Shown here: piece after piece, positions 1-9,186 of the stretch
Numbering within the stretch: position 1 is the stretch's first letter
Layout of the letters: the number at the start of each line of letters is the position of its first letter
Assembly (NCBI GenBank): GCA_019752015.1
Contig: JAIEMQ010000041.1
Coordinates: 4,469-68,468 of the forward strand
DNA: 64,000 bases
Reading direction: 5' to 3'
Source of the DNA: Cyanobacteriota bacterium
GTDB lineage: Bacteria; Acidobacteriota; Vicinamibacteria; Vicinamibacterales; UBA2999
The notes under the pieces: generated by a model
What the model was told of the DNA's origin: nothing
The model's database searches: none
Seen by the model: the letters and a program-made list of their open reading frames with translations, nothing else
Program-made: the position numbers and the translations under genes

Positions 1-1272
1 GTTGTTCCGCTGAGAAATCAGCGGCCCCATTGAAGCGTAGCCCTTGGCCGTACGCGCCCACCCTGGTCGGAGTTGCCGTTGTTCCGCTGAGAAATCAGCG
101 GCCCCATTGAAGCGCCGGCCAAACGTGGGCGCTCGACGACAACGGCAAGTTGTTCCGCTGAGAAATCAGCGGCCCCATTGAAGCTCGTCTTCCCCGTTCT
201 CGTTGAGCATCTGAATGAGGATGTTGTTCCGCTGAGAAATCAGCGGCCCCATTGAAGCATGGAACAGCGATTCAAAATTTACTGCGTTCCAGTTGTTGTT
301 CCGCTGAGAAATCAGCGGCCCCATTGAAGCTGAAAAAATCCAATAGTCATCGCTGTTTGTCCCTTCGTTGTTCCGCTGAGAAATCAGCGGCCCCATTGAA
401 GCGATCGAGGATATGGATATACCACTGGTGACCGTGCCGTTGTTCCGCTGAGAAATCAGCGGCCCCATTGAAGCTGCCTGAACCCATGAACGGATCAAGC
501 ACCAGCTCACGTTGTTCCGCTGAGAAATCAGCGGCCCCATTGAAGCGAGCTGAGCGAGTGGCGAGCTGGTCAATCGACCAGCGTTGTTCCGCTGAGAAAT
601 CAGCGGCCCCATTGAAGCTGCTACAACCGCGGGAAAGCTGGAATTCAGGCCAGTTGTTCCGCTGAGAAATCAGCGGCCCCATTGAAGCTGAGGTGTGTTG
701 CAGTGGGGAGGTGGGAGCTAGTTGGTTGTTCCGCTGAGAAATCAGCGGCCCCATTGAAGCTCGAGCGTGGGCTTGTACTTCGCCCCTTTTTTCGGCGTTG
801 TTCCGCTGAGAAATCAGCGGCCCCATTGAAGCACTTCAACGGGAGCACCGCATTCACACAGACATCGAGTTGTTCCGCTGAGAAATCAGCGGCCCCATTG
901 AAGCCGTCGCCGACGCGCGTCGATCCGCCCTGCGTCTTGACGTTGTTCCGCTGAGAAATCAGCGGCCCCATTGAAGCGCGGGTGCAGGTGCCGAAGGTGC
1001 CGTACCACTCGTGTTGTTCCGCTGAGAAATCAGCGGCCCCATTGAAGCCCGTGTTTGCGCTGCTGGGATTTGACGGTTCCGACGACAGTTGTTCCGCTGA
1101 GAAATCAGCGGCCCCATTGAAGCCCCGCCGTCCAGCGCATGCCACCCGGCGAGTGGGTCTCCGTGTTGTTCCGCTGAGAAATCAGCGGCCCCATTGAAGC
1201 GACGCGACACGGAGCACGTCCCGACCCATCCAGGTCGTTGTTCCGCTGAGAAATCAGCGGCCCCATTGAAGC
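1..1272 (+). CRISPR. CRISPR array: 18 identical 36-bp direct repeats and 17 spacers (34-41 bp). It runs off the left edge of the window.
   Basis: The repeat GTTGTTCCGCTGAGAAATCAGCGGCCCCATTGAAGC starts at 1, 78, 149, 223, 295, 367, 439, 511, 583, 653, 725, 797, 869, 942, 1013, 1088, 1165 and 1237. It has an internal 7-bp stem CCGCTGA/TCAGCGG. The 3' end ATTGAAGC resembles the ATTGAAA(C/G) handle of Cas6-processed class 1 repeats, so + orientation is assigned tentatively. Confidence 0.97.
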
Positions 1273-1459
1273 CAGGGATTGGGCCAAACGCGTAAAGCGA
1301 AGGTAAACACTCAGTTCAGAAAGATCATGCGTACGCAAGACTGCTGCCCAGATGAAACAGGAAGGCACCGCGCTGAGTTACACACCGTTTCTGTATTGCT
1401 GAGCAGTAAAGTGGTCGATCTTCGAGAATCCCGAGGACGAAAGTGGCGTCGGCGAGCGA
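1273..1459. other. Non-coding flank of the CRISPR array (leader or trailer), visibly less GC-rich than the neighbouring genes
   Basis: A 187-bp gap lies between the last, perfect repeat and the stop of the response-regulator gene. About 50% GC by eye. The only ORF here (1279..1497) has no recognisable features. Confidence 0.4.
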
Positions 1460-2173
1460 TTACGTCAGCAACTGATAGCCGCTGCCGTGCACGGTGATCA
1501 AATAGCGGGGCTCGTGCGGACGCGCCTCGATGTGCGTACGCAGCTTGGCGACGTAGTTGTCGACCGTGCGGGTCACTGACAGGTGGCTATAGCCCCACAC
1601 GTCACGCAGCAACTGCTCGCGGCTCAATACCTCGTTGCGGTGCGCGAAAAGGTAGCGGAGCAGCTCGAATTCGCGGGCCGACAGCGCGACGCGGCGGCCC
1701 TTGCGCAGCACCAGCCGCTGCTGCGGTTTCACCACCACATCGCCGACCGCGAACTCGCCGTTGCCGGGCGAGTGCCAGTCGTCGCGCCGCACCAGCGCCC
1801 GCACCCGTGCCAGCAGCTCACGGACGCTGAACGGCTTGCTCACATAGTCATCGGCGCCGAGGTCAAGGCCGTGGATGCGGTCCTGCTCATGCGTCCGCGC
1901 CGTCAGCACAACGATTGGCATGTGCAGGGATCGGGCGCGGAGCTGTTGACATAATTCGAAGCCGCTGATCCCGGGCAGCATCACGTCGATCAGCAGCAGC
2001 GCGTAGTGGCGCCCGGCCACCGCCTGCAGCGCCTCCTCGCCCGAGGTCACTGCCGTGACGCGGTAACCTTCGAACTCCAGGTTGTCGGCGAGCATCGAGC
2101 GCATCTGCGGCTCGTCCTCGACCACCAGGATGTGCTTGGCGTCCTCAGCCCTTGCCAGATCGGCGCTGGTCAT
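1460..2173 (-). CDS. OmpR/PhoB-family response regulator
   Basis: ORF 1460..2446 was trimmed to the internal ATG (cat at 2171-2173), where receiver-domain sequence begins (ILVVEDEP, LLLIDVMLPG, KPF). The C-terminus is a winged helix (LSAREFELLRYL...YLITVHGSGYQL). The start overlaps the kinase stop as ATGA. Confidence 0.9.
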   Translation of the reverse strand: MTSADLARAEDAKHILVVEDEPQMRSMLADNLEFEGYRVTAVTSGEEALQAVAGRHYALLLIDVMLPGISGFELCQQLRARSLHMPIVVLTARTHEQDRIHGLDLGADDYVSKPFSVRELLARVRALVRRDDWHSPGNGEFAVGDVVVKPQQRLVLRKGRRVALSAREFELLRYLFAHRNEVLSREQLLRDVWGYSHLSVTRTVDNYVAKLRTHIEARPHEPRYLITVHGSGYQLLT

Positions 2174-3843
2174 ACGGTTTCCGGCTGCCGCGCCAGCGTA
2201 CTGTCCTTGATCGCAGCGTCGGTGACGCAGCGCAGCATGACCCGGAACGTGCTGCCGGCGCCGAGCGCGCTGCGCACACCGACGCTGCCGCCCTGCGCGT
2301 GTACCAGCTCGCGCACGATCGGCAGGCCGAGCCCAAAGCCCTGGCGGTGGCCGGTGCCCGGCACACGGTAAAAGCGCTCGAAGATGCGCCGCTGCTCGGC
2401 GGCCGCGATGCCGACACCGCGGTCGGTGACCTCGATGATGGCCCACTGCCGCTCGACGCTCACGGTGACTGTCACCGGCTGCTCGGCTCTCGAGTACTTG
2501 ATGGCGTTATCGAGCAGATTGGCAATGACCTGCTCGAGGGCCGCCGGATCGGCGAGCACGTAGGGGCCGGCACCCAAGGTCGCGCGCACGTCCAACACGA
2601 CCTGCCGGCCCGCCAGGCCGGGCGCGAAGGCCTCGATCGTCTCCCGCACTAGAGAGCCCAGGTCGACGCGCTCGAACTCATAGGTGCGCTGTTCCTGCAC
2701 CCGCGAGAATTGAAGCACGCGCTGCACCAGCACGGTCAGCCGCTGCGCTTCGGCGCGGATGGTGTCGAGGTACTGCGCGAGCCGCTCCGGCGAGCGGATG
2801 CGGTCCATCTGCAGCGTCTCGGTCGCCGCGCTCAGCAGCGCCAATGGCGTCTTGAGCTGGTGCGACACGTGGGCCACGAAGTCGGCCTGCATCCGCGCCA
2901 ACTCCGCGGATCGGCGGTGCGCCTGCCAGGCAAGTCCGAGGGCGACCAGCATCAACAGCAGTGAGAGCACGGTGGGGCCATAGGCATAACTCCCGCTACC
3001 CAGCGCGCCGCCGATGGCCGGAGCGCCGACTTCGATCGTCCAACCCCGTCCCGGCACTCCGGCAGCGATCCGCGATCGAATGTCGTCGGCGGGATAGAAC
3101 TGCATCGAAAACGGCACCCGCACGCCTTTGACGTCCGCCGCCAATTTCCCGAAGACAACGGCGCCGCGCTCGTCCGACACGCGCAGCTGCAATGGCAGCT
3201 CGCCCCCCCGGCGGGCCAGCAGTGCCTCGAGGCCGGCGCCGTGCCGGCCGGCGAACAGTTGCTGCGGCAGGGTCGCCGGGTTGATCACGAAGCCCAGCAC
3301 CGCGAAGTACTCCACGCGGCGGGCATCGGTCCAAAACAGGCGGAGGAACATCTGGCGCGCCCCGCGCCCCACTCCCTCGGCCGCAACGTAGATCTGCTGC
3401 GACCCGGCGTGGCGCGCGGCCAGGTCAAGCACGTCGCGACCCATGGCAGCATCGCAAACGAATCCGCCTGTACGACCCTGAAACAAGACGTCTGATGAAA
3501 GCGAGGATTGCGCTCGCCAGGCGAAGAAGCGCTCGATGTGCGGGTAGGCTTCGAGACCTTCGGCGAACTTGCGGCCCACGAGCTCCATGCGGCCGGCGCG
3601 CAGGTCGGGATGGTTGACGCCGGTAAGCGTGTCGAAGATCGGTCCGTTGAGCGTGTGGCGAAGACCGGACGCGACATCGTCGGCCGCCTGTTCCGAGACC
3701 TGGCGCACGACAACCTGCGTCTGCGACTGCAGCGCCATGGTGGCTCGATATTGCAGATAGAACACCAGCGTTGCAGCGCCAATCGTGAAAAAGATGGCGG
3801 GCAGAAGCGGATGAGGGCGCCGGAAGCGATGGACGAGCCGCAT
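2170..3843 (-). CDS. Sensor histidine kinase (HisKA + HATPase_c) with an N-terminal TM helix and an extracytoplasmic region
   Basis: 557-aa ORF. H-box FVAHVSHQLKTPL. ATPase boxes LLDNAIKYS, DRGVGI and GFGLGL. Hydrophobic N-terminus LLPAIFFTIGAATLVFYL. Confidence 0.9.
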   Translation of the reverse strand: MRLVHRFRRPHPLLPAIFFTIGAATLVFYLQYRATMALQSQTQVVVRQVSEQAADDVASGLRHTLNGPIFDTLTGVNHPDLRAGRMELVGRKFAEGLEAYPHIERFFAWRAQSSLSSDVLFQGRTGGFVCDAAMGRDVLDLAARHAGSQQIYVAAEGVGRGARQMFLRLFWTDARRVEYFAVLGFVINPATLPQQLFAGRHGAGLEALLARRGGELPLQLRVSDERGAVVFGKLAADVKGVRVPFSMQFYPADDIRSRIAAGVPGRGWTIEVGAPAIGGALGSGSYAYGPTVLSLLLMLVALGLAWQAHRRSAELARMQADFVAHVSHQLKTPLALLSAATETLQMDRIRSPERLAQYLDTIRAEAQRLTVLVQRVLQFSRVQEQRTYEFERVDLGSLVRETIEAFAPGLAGRQVVLDVRATLGAGPYVLADPAALEQVIANLLDNAIKYSRAEQPVTVTVSVERQWAIIEVTDRGVGIAAAEQRRIFERFYRVPGTGHRQGFGLGLPIVRELVHAQGGSVGVRSALGAGSTFRVMLRCVTDAAIKDSTLARQPETV

Positions 3844-3932
3844 GACAATCGGGCTACTGGCTGGGGCACGTTACGCCTGCAGCCAGACACTGTCAAGAAG
3901 AAGTCCCGTGCCCCCGATCGATGCAGCTCTCT

Positions 3933-3957
3933 CTAGATCTAGATCTAGATCTAGATC
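3933..3957. repeat. Perfect (CTAGAT)x4 hexamer microsatellite, fully self-complementary
   Basis: The sequence reads ctagatctagatctagatctagatc. It lies between the NHL gene stop (3971) and the kinase start (3843). Confidence 0.95.
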
Positions 3958-3970
3958 GCGACGCCGCTCG

Positions 3971-5089
3971 TCAATTGGTGCGGCTGTAGGCGCCAACGAT
4001 GTGTGCCGGGTTGGCGCCCTTCTTGGGCCGGAACTTCTGCGGCCGGCCGACATGCACGTCGGCGGTGTAGAGATGGCCCTCGCTGTCGGTGTGGAACTGG
4101 TGCACGCCCCAGAAGCCCCCGGGGAACGCCCCGAAAGTGCCCCACGAGTACAGCAGCTTGCCGCTGAGGTCGAACTTGGTGAACTTCTGCGTAATGCCGT
4201 CGGCTACCCACAGGTGTTGATCCTGCGAGAGCAGCACTGAGTACGGGCGCCGGATGTTGGGCCATGCATCGAGGAACTTGCCGTTCTCATCGAACACCTG
4301 GATGCGCGAATTGGCCCGGTCGCTGATGTAGATGCGCCGGTTCTTGTCGATCGCAATCGCGTGCACGGTATTCATGTAGCCGGGCCGTGTTTCGGTCGGC
4401 TCGTTGCCCTTCTCGCCCCAGGTCAGCAGGAACTGCCCGTTCTTGTCGAACTTGGCAACGCGCGTGTTGACGTAGCCGTCGCTGACGAAGAACGTGCCGT
4501 CCGGCAGCCACGCGATGTCAGTCGGCCGGTTGAAGTGCGTGCCGTCGTTGCCTGGCTGCGTCGGCGTGCCCACCGTCATGACCAGCGTCTTGCCGTCGCG
4601 CGTGAACTTGTAGATCGCATGGGCGCCGTCGTCGACTAACCACACATGGCGATCGGCGTCGTACGGGTTGACGAGCACACGGTGTGGCCGAATGAACATC
4701 TTGTTGTGCTGATCCCATGACTCAATGAGCTTGCCGTTGCGATCGACCACGTTGAAAACGTGATCCCATCGCGGATGGCGCGCCGGATCCTTCTGCGACA
4801 TGTCGTACCCCGACGCGTTACGCGAGGGCATAAAGCTCTCGGCCGCGCCTCGCGTCTCTCTGAGCACGGGCAAGCAACCCCGATTGAAGATATAGACGCG
4901 ATCCGGACTGTCGGCCCACACGCCGCCGGTCGAGCCAATGACGAAACCATCGCCGCAATAGTTCTGCGGCCATCCGGCCACGAGATCGTACGGACCGGTT
5001 TCATCGCTTCCACCTTTGTCCTGAGCGAGGAGAGTCGCGGCGAGCAGAAGTGAAAGTGCCGCGCAGGCGGCGCCGATGTGCGTCATCAC
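3971..5089 (-). CDS. Secreted NHL-repeat / six-bladed beta-propeller protein
   Basis: 372 aa. Signal peptide AACAALSLLLAATLLAQ. Repeated blade motifs FFVSDGYVNTRVAKFD, IYISDRANSRIQVFD and LWVADGITQKFTKFD. The GTG start overlaps the stop of the upstream gene. Confidence 0.75.
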   Translation of the reverse strand: MMTHIGAACAALSLLLAATLLAQDKGGSDETGPYDLVAGWPQNYCGDGFVIGSTGGVWADSPDRVYIFNRGCLPVLRETRGAAESFMPSRNASGYDMSQKDPARHPRWDHVFNVVDRNGKLIESWDQHNKMFIRPHRVLVNPYDADRHVWLVDDGAHAIYKFTRDGKTLVMTVGTPTQPGNDGTHFNRPTDIAWLPDGTFFVSDGYVNTRVAKFDKNGQFLLTWGEKGNEPTETRPGYMNTVHAIAIDKNRRIYISDRANSRIQVFDENGKFLDAWPNIRRPYSVLLSQDQHLWVADGITQKFTKFDLSGKLLYSWGTFGAFPGGFWGVHQFHTDSEGHLYTADVHVGRPQKFRPKKGANPAHIVGAYSRTN

Positions 5090-6027
5090 TGTCGTCCTTC
5101 GAAGAGGCCCTTACGGAGCTCCTTGATAAACGTCGCGGCCTGCCTGGCCTCGGGTGTGCCGGGGTGATCGGCGACGATCTGCGTGAACAGCGCCAGCGCC
5201 TGATCGACCTCGCCCTTGCTGAAGTGGATCTTCGCCATGCCCAGCGCGGCCCCCGCCGCGCCGGGCTTCGCGCCAAGTACGCGTTGGAACTGGGCTTCCG
5301 CTTCAACGATCTTGCCCCGCGCGAAATACACGGCGCCGAGAGTCGTCGTGGCCTCGAGTGCCAGGGCGTCGGTGGCGAGGTTCGGTTTTCCTGCGAGTCC
5401 TTTTTCGAGAGCGGCCGCGGCCTGGTCGTAGGCCTGCAGTTCCACGTAGGCGCTGCCGAGTTGATACTGGATGGCCGCGTCGTTGGGACTGAGCGTGGCG
5501 GCCTTTTCGAGGCTGGCCACCGCTTCGGCGGTGCGGTCCAGGCGAACGTAGGCCAGCGCCAGGTTCACGTGCAGCGCCGCCACCGACGGCGCCTGCGCGA
5601 TCGACGCCTGGAACTCGGTGACCGCCTGCGCGAAGTTGCCGGCGTTGAAGGCCGCCACTCCGGCCTGGAACTCCTTCGATCCCACGGCCGCCGCCTTGAC
5701 CAGCTTGAAGTCAAAGTTGCGATCGGTGCCGGCCACCAGTTTCACCTTGTCGGCAATCGGCTGGTAGCCGGCTTTCTCGACGGTCATCTCGTATTCGACC
5801 GCCTGCAGGCCACGACGGTAGAACCGTCCGTCCTTGCCGCTGGTGAGAATGACTTGGCGGCCGCGATCGACATTCACGAGCCGGATACTCACCCCCTCGA
5901 GCGGCGCGCCCGCGTCGTCCAGCACCTGGCCCTTGATGACGCCCAGCTCCATCTGGGCCACCGCCGTGACGGGAACGCTGCACAGCAGCGACACCCCTAC
6001 CAGCGCCCTGATTCCGAATGACCGCAT
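5086..6027 (-). CDS. Secreted protein with a carboxypeptidase-regulatory-like domain and TPR repeats
   Basis: 313 aa from the ATG at 6027. The longer extension of ORF 5086..7323 is Arg/Pro-rich shadow sequence. Signal peptide, then GVIKGQVLDDAGAPLEGVSIRLVN (Ig-like CarboxypepD_reg), then TPR-like helices (NLALAYVRLDRTAEAVASLEKA...). Confidence 0.8.
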   Translation of the reverse strand: MRSFGIRALVGVSLLCSVPVTAVAQMELGVIKGQVLDDAGAPLEGVSIRLVNVDRGRQVILTSGKDGRFYRRGLQAVEYEMTVEKAGYQPIADKVKLVAGTDRNFDFKLVKAAAVGSKEFQAGVAAFNAGNFAQAVTEFQASIAQAPSVAALHVNLALAYVRLDRTAEAVASLEKAATLSPNDAAIQYQLGSAYVELQAYDQAAAALEKGLAGKPNLATDALALEATTTLGAVYFARGKIVEAEAQFQRVLGAKPGAAGAALGMAKIHFSKGEVDQALALFTQIVADHPGTPEARQAATFIKELRKGLFEGRQ

Positions 6028-6038
6028 CGTTGGTGCCC

Positions 6039-8978
6039 TCAGAACCTCACCCGGATGCCAAGCTGTGACTGCAGCGCGAACTGCGCCGACGTCGCAATCA
6101 TGAAGTTCGGGGACGAACGGTTGCCGGTCGGCGCAATTTCGTTCAGTCGGTTGAACACGTTGAACACATCGAAGAAGAAGTCGAGGCTGTCGAGCCGGCC
6201 GCCGAGCGGCAGCTGATAGCGGATCGACAGGTCGGTGGTGAAGAAGCCGGGCCCGCGAATACCGAACGGCACCGCACGGCCCTGCGAGTCGACCGCCGAT
6301 CGAATCGGCATCGTCAGGTCGTCGATGCCGCGAATCGGCCGGTCGTTGTTGTCGAGGTCGCCGTTCACGTCGCGGCCTACCGTCTCGTTGATCGGCGCGC
6401 CGCTGATGGCGCTGATCACGGTGGCGAAGGTCAGCGTCCGCCACGGGTTCCAGCTGCCGCTGGCCGCGAACACGTGGGTGCGATTGGCACTGAACTCGCC
6501 GTAGTCGGCGCGCGGGTCGTTGTCGAGCCAGACCCGCCGCGAGTCTGGAGTGCCGATGCCGACGAAGTTGCTGCGCTGCAGCGTGTAAGCCAGGCGCCCG
6601 CTCCACCGGTTGGCCATGCGCTTCACCATTGACACCTGTAGCGACTTGTAATCTCCGTCGAAGACACTGCTGGTCTGCGACTGCAGCACGCGCTGGAAGA
6701 TCACGCCGCGGGCCTCGGCCGGGATGAGCGTTGATGTCGGGTCGAACACGGCCACGCCTGGACGCACGCCATTGACCGGTTCGTTGATGTCGATGACGCC
6801 GAGCTGATTGCGCGACGCGTTGGCGACGTAGTCCACCGACAGGGCGATCTGCCGGAACAGCTCCTGGCTGACGCCGGCGCTCCACGACCAGGTGTGGGGC
6901 ATCTTCCGGCCGGGGCTGTCGATGCGGGGGTTGCGGTTGAACCCGGTGCCGGCGAGCACCTCGTCGCGCAGCCGGTTCAGCACCGCCTGGCCGGCCGGCG
7001 AGAGCCGGGCCACACCGGGATTGCCGGCGGTGTCGGTGATCATGTCGGGGATGAGCACCAGGTTGGCGTTGGGGCTGGAGGCGTTGATCGAGATCGACGG
7101 GAACAGCGTCCGGACGCCGCTTTGCTGCAGCGTCAGGTCGTGCACCACCGGCACGTAGGCGTAGAACTTGCCAACGCCGCCACGTACGACGGTGCGGCCG
7201 GTGCCGAAGGCGTCCCAGGCGACGCCGACGCGGGGCGCGAAGGCGTTGTTGTGGTTGGGCGTCTGTTTCTGACTGTCCCAGCGCAGGCCCAGGTTGAGCG
7301 TCAGGTTGCCGGTGACGCTCCACTTGTCCTCGACGAATGCGTAGCGGCGCTGGTCTTTCGATACGACGTCGTATCCGTAGTTACTCGGCGGGCCGACCGT
7401 CACATCGAACTGAAAGGGATAGGTAGCCGGATCGGCCGGGTTATAGGGCGCATCGGTACGGAACTGGAAGGTCCCGGAATCGAACGTCGAGCGCGGGTTC
7501 ATGGTGTTCCAGCTGTAGCCGCCGCCGGCCTTCAGGGTGTGTTCGCCGCCCAAGAGGTTGGGAATGAAGTAGCTGAATGCCTGGTCGACAACGTAGGTGA
7601 AGATCAGCGTGGTCGGACCGGTGCCGCCGGTGCCGGTGATGTAGCTGGGGTGCTGGTTGCGCTGGCCGATCGAGAACGGGTCGCGGCCGTCGAAGCCGAC
7701 GGCCTTGCCGGCGTCGTTGAAGAAGCCTTGGGGCGCCGTGGTCAGCGCCTCGTCGATGCGCCCCACGCGGGTCACGCTCGACAGGCCATCGGTGAGCACG
7801 CTCGTGTAAGTGGCGCCCCACATTGTGTCGTGATCGGCTTCCCACACCCTCGCGTCGGCGGTTTCATTGTTGGTGTTGAAGCCCTCGCCGCGCGACGCGG
7901 CATTCTCCAGGAGCCAGCGCACGTTCAGGAAGTTGCGATCGTTGATCTGCAGGTCAGTGCGAGCAAAGTAGTTGGCGGCGCGCACCGTGAAGAAGCCGAC
8001 TTGATCCACGGCCAATGGCGCCGCCGCGGCCGGAAAGCGCTTCTGGCCGGAGATGTCTTCGTTGTCGCGCTCGTAGGTGAAGTAAAAGTGCGCGCGGTTG
8101 CGAATGATCGGGCCGCCGAGTCCGAAGCCGGCCTGCAGCGTGCGTTCAGGAGGCTTGGGCTGACCTGCAGTCAGGAACTTGCCGCGGGCGTTCAAGGCCT
8201 CGTCGCGGAAGTACGAGTACAGCCGGCCGCGGATGTCGTTGGTGCCGCCACGCGTCACCATGTTGATGATCGCGCCGGCGCCGCCGCCAAATTCGGAGCT
8301 GTACTGGTTGGCCAGCACCTGGTATTCCTCGATGTTGTCGAGGACAACGCGCACCTGCGTGCCCTGGCTGCCGCCCAGGCGGTCGTCGTTGTTGTACATC
8401 CCGTCGAGCAGATAAACGTTCTGCTGCGACGGCGATCCGTTGGCCACCACCTGGCCGCCTTCGAAGGTGGAGGTCGCCTGGTTCGGCGTCATGCCGGGAA
8501 TGAGCTGCGTCAAGCCGGTGAAATTGCGGAAGTTCGACGGCACCTCTTCAATCTCGCGCCGCGACAGGGTGCCGCCAATCTGATTGCTGGTGCGCTCGAC
8601 CAGCGGCGACTCGCCGGTGACGACCACGTTCTCCTTCACGCCGGCGACGGTGAGTTTCAGCTCGATCACCATCGACGCGCCGGGGGCGAGCACCATGCCG
8701 GTGCGCGTGGCGCTGCCGAAACCGGCCATCGTCACGGCCACCTCGTAGGTTCCCGGCTCGAGACTCGCCACCGAGTAGGCGCCGGTATCGGCGGTGACCA
8801 CTTCACGGATGAAGCCGGTAGCGGCGTTGGTGACAACCACCGTCGCCCCGGGTAACGCGAGGCCATCGGGGTCGAGCACCTTGCCGGAAATCGCACCGCG
8901 TTGCTGGGCGAACGCTGGAGAGGGCGCGGCGACCAACACACTCGAGATGAACACCAAGAGCCGAGCAGCAGCCACCAT
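6039..8978 (-). CDS. TonB-dependent-receptor-like outer-membrane protein with an N-terminal carboxypeptidase-regulatory-like domain
   Basis: About 979 aa from the ATG at 8978. Signal peptide ending AFAQQ. CarboxypepD_reg segment ISGKVLDPDGLALPGATVVVTNAATG. Plug-like VVVTGESPLVERTSNQIGGTLSRREIEEVP. Long barrel ending in an aromatic residue (...GIRVRF). Confidence 0.85.
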   Translation of the reverse strand: MVAAARLLVFISSVLVAAPSPAFAQQRGAISGKVLDPDGLALPGATVVVTNAATGFIREVVTADTGAYSVASLEPGTYEVAVTMAGFGSATRTGMVLAPGASMVIELKLTVAGVKENVVVTGESPLVERTSNQIGGTLSRREIEEVPSNFRNFTGLTQLIPGMTPNQATSTFEGGQVVANGSPSQQNVYLLDGMYNNDDRLGGSQGTQVRVVLDNIEEYQVLANQYSSEFGGGAGAIINMVTRGGTNDIRGRLYSYFRDEALNARGKFLTAGQPKPPERTLQAGFGLGGPIIRNRAHFYFTYERDNEDISGQKRFPAAAAPLAVDQVGFFTVRAANYFARTDLQINDRNFLNVRWLLENAASRGEGFNTNNETADARVWEADHDTMWGATYTSVLTDGLSSVTRVGRIDEALTTAPQGFFNDAGKAVGFDGRDPFSIGQRNQHPSYITGTGGTGPTTLIFTYVVDQAFSYFIPNLLGGEHTLKAGGGYSWNTMNPRSTFDSGTFQFRTDAPYNPADPATYPFQFDVTVGPPSNYGYDVVSKDQRRYAFVEDKWSVTGNLTLNLGLRWDSQKQTPNHNNAFAPRVGVAWDAFGTGRTVVRGGVGKFYAYVPVVHDLTLQQSGVRTLFPSISINASSPNANLVLIPDMITDTAGNPGVARLSPAGQAVLNRLRDEVLAGTGFNRNPRIDSPGRKMPHTWSWSAGVSQELFRQIALSVDYVANASRNQLGVIDINEPVNGVRPGVAVFDPTSTLIPAEARGVIFQRVLQSQTSSVFDGDYKSLQVSMVKRMANRWSGRLAYTLQRSNFVGIGTPDSRRVWLDNDPRADYGEFSANRTHVFAASGSWNPWRTLTFATVISAISGAPINETVGRDVNGDLDNNDRPIRGIDDLTMPIRSAVDSQGRAVPFGIRGPGFFTTDLSIRYQLPLGGRLDSLDFFFDVFNVFNRLNEIAPTGNRSSPNFMIATSAQFALQSQLGIRVRF

Positions 8979-9186
8979 CGGTGAGCCTTTCCTTTCGGAG
9001 ACAGACAATGCGCGGGAGCTTAGCGGTTCAGGGGCGCGCGCGGTGTCAAACCATGTCTCGGGTTTGTCTACGAGTTGTCTATCGCCGTCGCGGCTGAGAC
9101 AAGTCGAGGACATTCCAGAGACATCGTTTTACCGGCGCGTTCGCCCGAACCTGCTACAAAGAAGGGCATTCGTGGAGGAGGGACAC

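Noticed and set aside
166-1368. Seven track ORFs on both strands across 166-1368 with periodic peptides (SMGPLISQRNN, FNGAADFSAEQ, CSAEKSAAPLK)
   Set aside because: They are translations of the CRISPR repeat in different frames. The periodicity equals the repeat-spacer unit.
6028-7323. N-terminal 430-aa extension of ORF 5086..7323
   Set aside because: Extremely Arg/Pro/Gln-rich shadow sequence that overlaps the TBDR gene on the same strand in another frame. Recognisable protein sequence with a signal peptide starts at the ATG at 6027.
6894-8855. 653-aa plus-strand ORF
   Set aside because: It is antisense to the TBDR gene. The composition (runs of A, G, R, V, D) is typical of GC-rich shadow frames, and there are no motifs.
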